Source of the DNA: Octopus sinensis
Taxonomy: Eukaryota
DNA: 24,476 bases
NCBI RefSeq assembly: GCF_006345805.1
Contig: NW_021836536.1
Location: forward strand, 1-24,476
Reading direction: 5' to 3'
Shown: positions 9,995 through 20,429 of the stretch, piece by piece
Numbering within the stretch: the first letter of the stretch is position 1
Layout of the letters: each line of letters begins with the position of its first letter
Position numbers and translations under genes: made by a program
The notes under the pieces: model-generated
Told to the model about the DNA's origin: nothing
Seen by the model: only the letters and a program-made list of their open reading frames with translations
Database searches by the model: none

Positions 9995-10165
9995 GTTGGC
10001 CCTACCCAAACCCATTTTTACCTCTGGGAAGAGTTAGGACTTATTAGTCTGGCCGTGATTCTTTGACTTATCCAGCATAGAAGCCCTGCCTGGGGCGTGC
10101 GCTCAGTTGGCACAGTTCCCAGGGTCATTGAGACAAACAAGCCACTGTACCGCAATGAGGACGGG
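9995..10165 (-). mobile_element. Possible RTE 5'-UTR-derived segment
   Basis: It resembles RTE 5' UTR sequence as I recall it (AGTCTGGCC..TTTGACTTATCCAGCAT..GGGTCATTGAG..CAAGCCAC). A similar motif lies on + near 9540-9610. Not verified. Confidence 0.4.
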
Positions 10166-10169
10166 ACCT

Positions 10170-10415
10170 TGTAGCAACAGTACTTGCCTAGTACTATATT
10201 TTATCGCCCTCAGAGTGATGAAAGGCGAAGTTGACATTGGCCGGATGTGAACTCAAAATGCGAAGCTATAATATACATCATTAGATATATTAACTCTATC
10301 GTGACGTTATATGCTGTCTATATAAGAGCCACGTTTACCTTTGTCAGTTAATCTTGTTAGAATATAAGCAGATTTTAAAATGATGGTTATAGGCGTTTCC
10401 TTACGTCCCAGACTT
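10170..10415 (-). repeat. Right arm of the 246-bp inverted duplication (partner 4391-4636)
   Basis: Ungapped, 237/246 identity to the reverse complement of 4391-4636. Confidence 0.97.
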
Positions 10416-10869
10416 GAAAATATATATATAAAGAAAAAATACGAAGTTGCTGTCAAAAGCGAAGACTACTTGACAGATGAGGAGAATGCAAAGATCTATT
10501 AGAATAGCCGTTAGCTATAAAATAAAGAAAAAGAGAGAATGAGGTGGGTCGGGTTTGAAGTGAAAAGAAAAGGCGATGGAAAGGGAGAGAGATAATGATT
10601 TAGACAAAAAGGTTTCAAAAAATATAACGGACATAACAGTGGAAGTAGTTGAGACAAAGGCTGTATATAAGAAATATAAATATTGACATACATCGCTTCC
10701 TGGATTTTTAAAGTGACTGGTTGTCGCTATTTTTACTCTGCGCCAACAGGCGTATGCTTTTGTTATTATTATGACAGTTGAGGACAGTGAGTTGAAAAGC
10801 AGGTAAGGCAGAGGGCGTCGCGATCTTCAGTATTTTTCTTCCTTTACTCCTTTGCTTTTTTTGCAATCA

Positions 10870-11135
10870 TGCGGTCCCGAGTTCACTCTGACTGCTCAGC
10901 AGTTTGGGGATGTATTATCTGCAAGAAACTTGGGTCGACCAGCACCTTGGGTGAGTGAAATTTGGTATAGACGAAATGGTGGCTTTTATCGATTTTATCG
11001 GTGACAATAAATTTAATTTGCAATCACATGGCTCCGGGTTTGTTCCTACTGTGCAGCAGTTTGGACAACTGTTTTCTACCATAATCTTGGTTTGACCAAT
11101 ACTTTTGTGAGTAAAATTTAGTAGAGACGGAATCT
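10870..11135 (+). mobile_element. Two overlapping, highly diverged family A 5' fragments
   Basis: CAATCA(C)ATG.. ..CC(C)GAG/GGGTT..CAGCAGTTTGG..TTGGGTCGACCA..TTG(G/T)GTGAGT..ATTT.GTA occurs twice in tandem. Confidence 0.5.
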
Positions 11136-11312
11136 GTGTTATTACCAATTATATCGACTCCGGTGAATTATTGATCATTAGTTAATTGCCCTCGCGAGAA
11201 AAAAAAGTTAACTCGGAAGAAAAAAAAAGTTAACCCGGTTAAGGTTGGATTTCATACATAATGTCAATGTAAACTGAATGTTATATAAGCTTTACTTGGA
11301 TCACCCCAAAGG

Positions 11313-11501
11313 CGTGACAACCGGTGCTGGTGTGTTTACGTCTCCGTAACATAGCGGTTTGACAAAAGTGACCAATAGAATATTTACCATGCTTTAAAAG
11401 TTAATAAGTACTGGGGTCAATTTATTTGACTAAAAATTCTTCAAGGTGGTGCCCCAGCATGGTCGCAGTCGAATAACTGAGACAAGTAAAGGATAAAAGA
11501 A
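11313..11501 (+). mobile_element. 3' half of SINE family A
   Basis: GACAACCGGTGCTGGTGTGTTTACGTC...GGTGGTGCCCCAGCATGGTCGCAGTC..TGAGACAAGTAAAGGATAAAAG is the reverse complement of the 3' half of 546-982. Confidence 0.8.
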
Positions 11502-11669
11502 AGAGAGGTGTTTACTTGTATGTGTGTGTGTGTGCATGGATGCATTTGCATGCTTGAGCTCGTATGCTTGTATATTAGTGTGTTTGGCAGTGTGTGCGTG
11601 TGTGTGCGTGTGTGTGTATGTGTGTGTGCGTGCGTGCGTGTGCGTGTGTGTGTATGTTTGCTTTAGAAG

Positions 11670-11926
11670 TGAAGGTACATGGTTTAGTAGTTAAGGTATT
11701 CGGCTCACGATCCTTAGGTCGTGAGATCGATTCCCAGCCGTGTGTTGAATACTCGAACCAGGCATTCTTATTTCACATTGCTCCAGTCCACTCGGCAGGC
11801 AAAAGTGAGTAGTACCTGTAATTTCAAAGGGCCAACCTTGCCATATTCTGTGTCACGCTGAATCTTCCCGCAAACGACGTTAAGGGTACGCTGGAACAGT
11901 CGTCGTCATAAATGATGGAGTGCCAG
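11670..11926 (+). mobile_element. tRNA-derived SINE family E
   Basis: A-box-like TGGTTTAGTAG, B-box-like GAGATCGATTCC, body TTTCAAAGGGCC..CCTTG.CATATTCTGTGTCACG.TGAATC shared with 24271-24476. Confidence 0.8.
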
Positions 11927-12139
11927 TATGTATAACAATCAATTGAACGTCGGATCGTTGGAATCCCCTTCTTGAATGTGACTTTGTTATAGTTGTCAAC
12001 TTGCGACAATTTAAGTGGAGCGTTAAGGGTATCAATGTTATTGGTCTCAAGGAGCCTACGAAGCCAGGAGCATAGCCCAATCCTTCAGACCAAACTAATA
12101 AATGAATAAAGACGTATGAGAATCTGTTTCACACAAAGC

Positions 12140-12377
12140 CACATATATACACACACATAGAGACGCATACGCGCGCAAACACACACACATACTCATATAT
12201 ATATACAAATATACGACAGGCTTCTTTCCGTTTCCGTCTACCAAATCCACTCACAAGGCTTTGGTCGGGCCGAGGCTATAGTAGAAGACACTTGACCAAG
12301 GTGCTACGCAGTGGGACTGAACCCGGAACCATGTGGTTCGTAAGCAAGCTACTTACCACACAGCCACTCTTGCGCCT
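12140..12377 (-). mobile_element. 5' half of SINE family A with its internal CA/TA microsatellite
   Basis: 12211-12377 is near-identical to 821-982. Confidence 0.88.
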
Positions 12378-12386
12378 TACAATGCT

Positions 12387-12568
12387 GGTTTAAAATTTTG
12401 GTAGGAGGCCAGCAAATTCGGAGGAGGATTACAACGGCCCCAGAGCTCAAGTGGTATTTATTTTATCGACCCCAAAAGGATGAGAGGCAAAGTCGACCTC
12501 GGCAAAATTTGAAACCAAAACGCAAAGACTGACGAAATGCTGCTAAGCATTTTGATCGGCGCGCTAAC
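12387..12568 (-). mobile_element. SINE family B, alternative tail
   Basis: Core TTTTATCGACCCCAAAAGGATGAGAGGCAAAGTCGACCTCGGC with a tail (GGTTTAAAATTTTGG..GGCCAGCAA) different from 7491-7724. Confidence 0.78.
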
Positions 12569-12802
12569 CCCTTAGCTTTCCTTCCATTATTGGACCTCCT
12601 TTCCCCGTAGTAAATGTTCTGTGAATATTGTTAAACCCGATTTAAAATAATAATCTTAATTTCACATTTAAACATGTATACACTATAAAATTCGCTTAGT
12701 ATGGATCCCTCATTTTTGTTTGATCGATTATTTAACCAATAAACGTTTTGGAATAAGTCGTCAGGTAAAAGTTAATGTCCCGTTCAATATGATTCAAATG
12801 AT

Positions 12803-13015
12803 GGTTTCGAATTTTGGCAGAGCGCCAGCAGTTTTGAGGGGAGGGGGAGTCGATAACATTGACACCAGTACTTCAGTAGCACTTATTTTATCAAATCCCG
12901 GAAGGATGAATGGCAAAGCTACCTCGGCGAAATTTGAACACGAAAACATAATGATGGAAGAAATGTCGCCAAGCGTTTTGTCCGGCGTGCTAACGGTTTT
13001 ATTATCTCACGCCTT
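12803..13015 (-). mobile_element. SINE family B, alternative tail (diverged)
   Basis: Same layout as 12387-12568, with head remnant TCCGGCGTGCTAACG...CGCCTT. Confidence 0.75.
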
Positions 13016-13023
13016 CAGATTGA

Positions 13024-13024
<1 letters not shown>

Positions 13025-13057
<33 letters not shown>

Positions 13058-13490
13058 TAATAATATAATAATAATAATAATGATAATGATAATAATAATA
13101 ATGATAATAATAATGATAATAATAATAATGAAAATAATAATGAGGATAATAATAATGATAATAATGATAATAATGATGATAATAATAATGATAATAATAA
13201 TGATAATAATGATGATAATAATAATGATAATAATAATAATGATAATATAATAATAATAATAATAATAATATAATAATAATGATAATATAATAATAATAAT
13301 AATAATAATTATAATGAGAAGAAGAAGAAGAAGAAGAAAAAGATGATGATGATGATGATAATGAGAATGATGACGACGACGACGACGATGAAGATGATGA
13401 TGATGGTTGTGATTATGATGAGAATAATGACAATGGGGATGAGGAATTCGGTGGCGGTGGTGGTGGTGGCGGTGGTGGTGTTAATGGTCG
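13025..13490. repeat. (AAT/GAT)n, (AGA)n, (GAT)n, (GGT)n trinucleotide block
   Basis: Direct inspection. Confidence 0.95.
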
Positions 13491-13580
13491 CAGAAGAGGT
13501 ATTAATAAACCAGCTGCAATTGAAATTATCAACCTTTGTTTTTCTTTCTAAATTTCTTCCTTCTAAATATTATTTTCTCT

Positions 13581-13657
13581 CTTTCTTCTTCTTCTCTTCA
13601 AAACCATCATTGTTATCATCATCATCATCATCATCATCAGCATCATCATTATTATTA

Positions 13658-13688
<31 letters not shown>

Positions 13689-13895
13689 CACCATCATCCC
13701 CATCGCCATCATCATCATCATCATCATCATCATCGTCATCATCATCATCATCATTATCATCATCATCATCATCATGATCATCACTGTACAATTATTACAG
13801 CTACAATTACAATTAAGACAAAAACTACTCCAACTATCATCATTATCATTGGCATCTTTATTATCATTACTAATTCTACTACTACTACTACTACT

Positions 13896-13925
<30 letters not shown>
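13581..13925. repeat. (TCT)n, (CAT)n, (TAT)n, (TAC)n trinucleotide block
   Basis: Direct inspection. Confidence 0.95.
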
Positions 13926-13926
<1 letters not shown>

Positions 13927-14349
13927 TGTAATTATGTGTCTCAGTGTCCATCATAAAGGCCGGATCCGGATGCCATTGTTTTTAGTAGACTTTTAACATT
14001 ACGCACCCGTACCAGATCTCGTGTTCTCTGACAAGTCATAATATATACATACATACATACATACATACATACATACATGCATGCATGCATATATATGCAT
14101 ACACACATATATACACATGTACACACATGCATATATTCATGCATATGTGTGTGCGTGCATGTATGTATTTGTATATTGCTAGCATTCTCTTGTTTGTCTA
14201 AGTTTTAAAAAACATTTATGACCGCACGAATTTTTTGTACCCTGTACTTACATAGTTGTTACAGAATAAAACTTAACATAAATACATACATATACACACA
14301 CAGACACCTCCGACGCCACACACACACACACACACACACATACATACTT

Positions 14350-14384
<35 letters not shown>

Positions 14385-14454
14385 ATATGAGGGAATATTA
14401 TTCCAAACTTACAGGGAAAAGTTCGATTTAGAAATACTAAATCAAATTGCACAA

Positions 14455-14464
14455 AATATAATAT

Positions 14465-14547
<83 letters not shown>

Positions 14548-14734
14548 ATATATATATATAAATTAGAAAAAAACCCACCTTTTATCAATTCTATAATGAA
14601 AAACTAAATTATACCATTAGAAAAATTACATCTTATAGAAAGATTAAATATAAGATAAAACATATAACAATGATTAAGTAATGTGCAAAAGAGTAAATAA
14701 AATGTATATATATATATATATAATATATATATAT

Positions 14735-14781
<47 letters not shown>
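14455..14781. repeat. Two (TA)n tracts flanking an A-rich spacer
   Basis: (TA)n at about 14457-14560 and 14705-14781. Confidence 0.9.
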
Positions 14782-14785
<4 letters not shown>

Positions 14786-15500
14786 GTACCAGTTACGCAC
14801 TGGGGTCAATGTAAACGACTTAATCACTTTGTCTGTCCTTGTTTGTCCCCTCTACGTTTAGCCCCTTGTGGGCAATTATGAAATAAGAATTTTTAGCACG
14901 CCGGGCGAAATAGCGGTATTTCGTCTCTTGTTACGTTATGAATTTGTATTCCGCTGAAGTACACTTTACCTTCTATCCTTTAGGGGTCGATTAAATAAGT
15001 ACCAGTTACGCATTTGAGTCGATATATTCGTCTTAATTCGTTTGTCTGTCCTTGTTTGCCCTCTCTGTGTTTAGCCCCTTGTGGGTAGTAAAGAAATAGG
15101 TATTTCGTCTGCTGTTACGTTCTGGGTTCAAATTTCGCCGAGGTCGACTTAGCCTTTCATCCTTTCGGGGTCGATAAATTAAGTACCAGTTACGCACTGG
15201 GATCGATGAATCGATTTAATCCCTTTGTCCGTCCTCTTTTGTCCCCTCTATGTTTAGCCCCTTGTGGGCAATAAAGAAGTAAGAATCGTTAGCACGACGG
15301 GCGAAAAGTTTAGCGGTATTTCGTCTCCCGTTACGTTCTGAGTTTGAATTCCACTGAGGTAAACTGTGCCTTTTATGCTTTAGGGGGTCAATTAAATAAG
15401 TACCAGTTACGCACTGGGATCGATGTACTTGACTTAATCTATTTGTCTGTCCTTGTTTGTCCCCTCTATGTCTAGCCTCCTGAGGGCAATGAAGAAGTAA
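14782..15500 (+). mobile_element. Head-to-tail tandem array of 5'-truncated SINE family B units
   Basis: TAAGTACCAGTTACGCA recurs four times. Approximate units: 14782-14889 (tail only), 14890-15099, 15100-15285, 15286-15500. Confidence 0.9.
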
Positions 15501-16070
15501 ATATACAACAACCTCATTGTATTTTTATTTTCCCTTGAGGGTACTGATAATCCCCCTTTAATACTTGACACACTTTTACCCTACGTGTACTCTGATAGTG
15601 TTTATATGTAATTAAAATTGCGGGGCAAAACTTTCCCATTTATTGAGTTAGTTTCATTTCAGCAATCGATATCAATTAATCAATAAGCCAGACAATTGCA
15701 AAATATCTTTCCTGCAACGTCAATGTCTGTGAAGTTCTTTGCTAAGCTTCATAGGACAAAGAAGCAGCTTTCTCATTCAAAATAGTTCACTTCCTCGTCT
15801 GTGTCACTGTATCTCATTTGTGAGTTAAATTAAAAATTTCATTTATATTTGGCTTCGATCGTCTGAGTTCCCTCTAAGATTGTTTACAGTCAGAGTGGAC
15901 ATGGTAGACTTAGGCAGCTTTCTGGCTTCTATCGTTAAATATGTCAGATTTCTTAAAACTGATTAAATAAGGAGCGTTATTTTCTACACCTTTCTCTATT
16001 AATTTTTCTTTGGAAGCCAGTAAGACGTTTTGATTGTATGTATTACATATGTTTTATATAGATACATATA

Positions 16071-16074
<4 letters not shown>

Positions 16075-16137
<63 letters not shown>
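16075..16137. repeat. (CA)n microsatellite
   Basis: Pure CA run of about 30 units. Confidence 0.97.
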
Positions 16138-16140
<3 letters not shown>

Positions 16141-16287
16141 TATATATGTGTGTGTGTATATATATTTTTTTTCAGTCACTACTCGGGTATATAAACCTCT
16201 TATAGTGCTGGTTCCATCCAAGTTATAGTGGTTTAATATATATAATATTGTTTAAAAGTATCCCTTCAATAAATATTTTATAAATAT

Positions 16288-16355
16288 AAAGGCGGTGCTC
16301 CAGTTTGGCCGCAGTCAAATGACTGAAACAAGTAAAAGAGTAAAAGAATAAAAGA
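16288..16355 (+). mobile_element. 3' tail of SINE family A
   Basis: AAGGCGGTGCTCCAG..TGGCCGCAGTCAAATGACTGAAACAAGTAAAAGAGTAAAAG. Confidence 0.85.
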
Positions 16356-16420
16356 ATATCAAATATTGTTAAGAAAATGGAGAGATTTAATGGATATAAA
16401 TTTATTCATTTATTAACATT

Positions 16421-16513
16421 GCCTACAATTGTTTCAGTTTGCACTTAATACAAATTACAAACATATAGAATAAGTTTGTATTTTGAAGATTAAAAGCAAA
16501 ATATCATCAAAGC
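16421..16513 (-). ncRNA. Hammerhead-ribozyme-like motif (Penelope type), long stem II, C3 substituted
   Basis: Minus strand reads GCT-TTGATGA-T-[~27-bp imperfect stem II, 11-nt loop]-GAAAC-AATT-GT-A-GGC. Stem III is the palindrome ACAATTGT. Confidence 0.5.
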
Positions 16514-16619
16514 GGAAGGACATTAAGGAAGCTACATCATGATCGGTTGAGTTACTCCAACAGACTAAGTAGATGAAGGTATGTTTAGTTATTTGTGTTT
16601 GTGTGTGTTAATAACTTTA

Positions 16620-16900
16620 GTTAAATATAATACTAATAAAATAAAGTATATCAAAAATAGTAAAATATAAAATGTAAAAATAAAAATTAGTAAAAGTAAA
16701 TAATGAATATTAATGAAAACAAAGATAATAAAAATTATTCAAAGATAAGGTATATAGACAAAAATATAATTAAAAAATAATAATAAAAGATAATAATATA
16801 ATAAAGATAAATAAAAATAAATACTAAAATAACTTAAATAAAATGAAAATAATATGAAATAAAAATAAAAAATAATAAAATAACGTAAAATTTTAAAAAC
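16620..16900. repeat. A-rich low-complexity tract
   Basis: Nearly all A/T, made of AAAT/AATA-type units. Confidence 0.8.
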
Positions 16901-17144
16901 TAAAACTGTTATATGTATGTTTGTTGACTATGTTAATTTATGTTTGTGAGTGTACCTGTGCTTTACGTGTGTGCAGACTGCGACTCAAAAATTTGAAGGC
17001 TGCAGGCAGGAAACGATCGTAGTGGGATATTAATTATATTTTTTGATAATTTTATTACATATTTAAATAATATAAATTAATCATATGTATTGGCTTAAGT
17101 CTTTCATTGTTTGATTTGCCTAATAGTGGTTTTGTCTCTAATTA

Positions 17145-17220
<76 letters not shown>

Positions 17221-17235
17221 ATATATATATATATA

Positions 17236-17301
17236 AAGGTGCAGGCATGACTGTGTGCTATGAAGCTTGTTTCTCAACTACATGATTCCGGGTTCAGTCC
17301 C
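17236..17301 (+). mobile_element. 5' head of SINE family A, truncated
   Basis: AAGGTGCAGGCATGACTGTGTG..AAGCTTG..CAACTACATGATTCCGGGTTCAGTCCCA. Confidence 0.75.
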
Positions 17302-17327
17302 AAACTATATATGTATATATATATATA

Positions 17328-18869
17328 TCTATATATATAAAACTGTAGTTGTGTGAGTGTTTGTCTCCTACGATTTAGATTCCTAACTCCTCCCACATTT
17401 TGCGGTGCAGTTTAACCAAATTCGGGTATCTTATAGTCGTGATTAATATCGAGCCCGTCTGGCTATTAGCGCGCGTCTACGATGAGTCTACGATTTTAAA
17501 AATAATTTAACATTATTTTTTATTCCATTTTAATGCATAATTTTTCGTGTGTCGATGGCGGCGGAGTTGGCGTCCACGCTCAACACCTGCACCTGTGTTT
17601 GCTTCTCCCCCTTCTTCCCTCCCTCGTGAAGCTGTGGGGAAGGGAGTTTAAGGAAATCAACGTCGTAATGCGTTGTCAAGGAGACCAGCGTTCTTTTAGA
17701 ACAACGACTTCATGGCTTGAAGACACCAAAACAGAAATGGCTAAGAAAGCCCGAATTGGCATCTATAAAGGAAGTAACTCTCTAAAAATGCTTATATAGT
17801 TATTTCCCTTACAAACCCGAGCAACGCCGGGCGATACTGCCTTTATATATATAAAACTGTAGTTGTGTGAGTGTCTGTCCCCTTCGATTTAGATTCCTAA
17901 CTACTCCCACATTTTGCGGTGCAGTTTAACCAAATTCGGGTACCTTATAGTCGTGATTCATATCGAGCCCGTCTGGCTATTAGCGCGCGTCTACGATGAG
18001 TCTACGATTTTAAAAATAATTTAACATCATTTTTTATTCCATTTTAATGCATAATTTTTCGTGTGTCGATGGCGGCGGAGTTGGCGTCCACGCTCAACAC
18101 CTGCACCTGTGTTTGCTTCTCCCCCTTCTTCCTCCCTCGTGAAGCTGTGGGGAAGGGAGTTTAAGGAAATCAACGTCGTAATGCGTTGTCAAGGAGACCA
18201 GCGTTCTTTTAGAACAACGACTTCATGGCTGAAGAACCAAAACAGAAATGGCTAAGAAAGCCCGAATTGGCATCTATAAAGGAAGTAACTCTCTAAAAAT
18301 GCTTATATAGTTATTTCCCTTACAAACCCGAGCAACGCCGGGCGATACTGCCTTTATATATATAAAACTGTAGTTGTGTGAGTGTCTGTCCCCTTCGATT
18401 TAGATTCCTAACTACTCCCACATTTTGCGGTGCAGTTTAACCAAATTCAGGTACCTTATAGTCGTGATTCATATCGAACCCGTCTGAGTATTAGCGCGCG
18501 TCTACGATGAGTCTACGATTTTAAAAATAATTTAACATCATTTTTTATTCCATTTTAATGAATAATTTTTCGTGTATCGATGGCGGCAGAGTTGGCGTCC
18601 ATGCTCAAACACCTGCACCTGTGTTTGCTTCTCCCCCTTCTTCCCTCCCTCGTGAAGCTGTGGGGAAGGGAGTGTAAGGAAATCAACGTCGTAAAGCGTT
18701 GTCAAGGAGACCAGCGTTCTTTTAGAACAACGACTTCATGGCTTGAAGACACCAAAACAGAAATGGCTAAGAAAGCCCGAATTGGCATCTATAAGGGAAG
18801 TAACTCTCTAAAAATGCTTATATAGTTATTTCCCTTACAAACCCGAGCAACGCCGGGCGATACTGCTAG
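17328..18869 (+). mobile_element. Tandem trimer of a ~515-bp non-autonomous Helitron
   Basis: 5' end is A|TCTATATATATAAAAC. 3' end has the hairpin CCCG-AGCAACGC-CGGG (18842-18857) followed by CTAG|T (18866-18870), which fits the Helitron A-T target with no TSD. Periods are 514 and 511 bp (CTGTAG at 17343, 17857, 18368). Confidence 0.93.
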
Positions 18870-19417
18870 TATATATATATAAATAGATGAGTGTATTTTT
18901 ACCTTGCTAACAATTAACACGGAAAAATAAATAAATAGTTACCATATGACAAAGGCAAGAAATTCTATCTTCTCTGCAATTCTGAGCTATTTTTCATTAT
19001 TTTTTCTAAAAATACTCTAGTAAACACGGTTATAGAACGAGCATACAGATGTAAGCATTGGCAGAAACATACATTTAGTGCATATAAGTAGTCTCTATCA
19101 TTATATATAGTTTAAACTTTAATTTCCTTTATATTTAACATTCACTATTGGTATCCCTACTCTTTCTGTTAGCTACTTATGACGTTATATCATATAACGT
19201 TTTTTTAAACAATATTAATAGCGTTCTGTCTATCGCTATACAAATCCATCATTTTTTGCTAAAATGTCGTATTGACGAGTTTCGTTTTTTTCACTTTCCC
19301 GAAGAGAAGATTGCATTGTTTATACCATTTATTCTTTTGAATAGTATCAGTGGAATTTTCGAAACATGTGTCGAAAGTAAAAATACTTGTTTAAACCTGC
19401 GTTAACTCCATTTTTTA

Positions 19418-19741
<324 letters not shown>

Positions 19742-19938
19742 ACGTAGTATAAGCGTGTACGAAAGTGTTTCTTCTTGTCTGGACCAGCAGACAAGTAAAT
19801 CCCAACTAATAAAATAGTAAATGCTGAAGAGAACTATCAGAATAGTAGTGACACTGTCTCCAAGTAATATTTCCATCAAACATGTCATCGTCACCTGCCT
19901 TTATAGACAACTGCAAAAACTACTATACTCTTGTGTAT

Positions 19939-20197
19939 AGTAAAAAATAAATGTGCCCTTTGGAAGCCTAGCAAGGCTCATGGGCCCGGTTTCCCGGTTT
20001 CGACGGCGTATGTGTTCCCTAGCTGGACGGAACGCCAGTCCATCGCAGCGTTACTCATTTTTGCCAACTGAGTGGACTGGAGCAACGTGAAATGAAGTGT
20101 TTTGCTCAAGAACACAACCCGTCACTAGGTCCAGGAATCGAAACCACAATCTTCCGATCATGATGCTGACACCCTAACCACTAAGCCACGCGCCCCC
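19939..20197 (-). mobile_element. tRNA-derived SINE family C with target-site duplication
   Basis: Reverse complement of the 7946-8207 family. Flanked by the direct repeat ACTCTTGTGTAT at 19927-19938 and 20198-20209. Confidence 0.92.
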
Positions 20198-20429
20198 ACT
20201 CTTGTGTATGGTTTAACTAAAAACTTGAATGTAAAGCATCAACCTGCGAACAAATGTTTTAGCAGCCCATTTTATTGCATTTCTTGTTTATCTACGGTGT
20301 TCTTCCAACGTGAAGATGGTGTGTGTAAGATATACGACAGACTTAGCCACTCAAGCCATGAATTATAATTAACTTAATGTGTTCCGTTATGGAATTCCTT
20401 GATAAAATAATAGGTGATGTTGCTATTGG

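Noticed and set aside
4391-10415. Reading the inverted arms as TIRs of a 6-kb DNA transposon
   Set aside because: There is no TSD (GGTGT vs GAAAA) and no transposase remnant, and the left arm continues a SINE fragment across its outer edge.
13343-13956. Poly-M/D/H/S/I ORFs, also at 21774-22986
   Set aside because: They are trinucleotide repeats, open in several frames on both strands, with no domain content.
14385-14705. Possible Penelope-associated repeat around the (TA)n tracts
   Set aside because: It looks familiar, but there is no second copy or diagnostic motif in this window to support it.
14782-15500. CRISPR-like repeat-spacer array
   Set aside because: The intervening sequences are homologous to each other (SINE units), the context is eukaryotic, and there are no cas genes.
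17533-18825. Three similar 64-88 aa ORFs
   Set aside because: They lie inside the Helitron repeat units, and the frames are not conserved between units.
19182-19200. 19-bp hairpin ACGTTATAT-C-ATATAACGT
   Set aside because: It is short and AT-rich, expected by chance in TA-rich DNA, with no supporting context.
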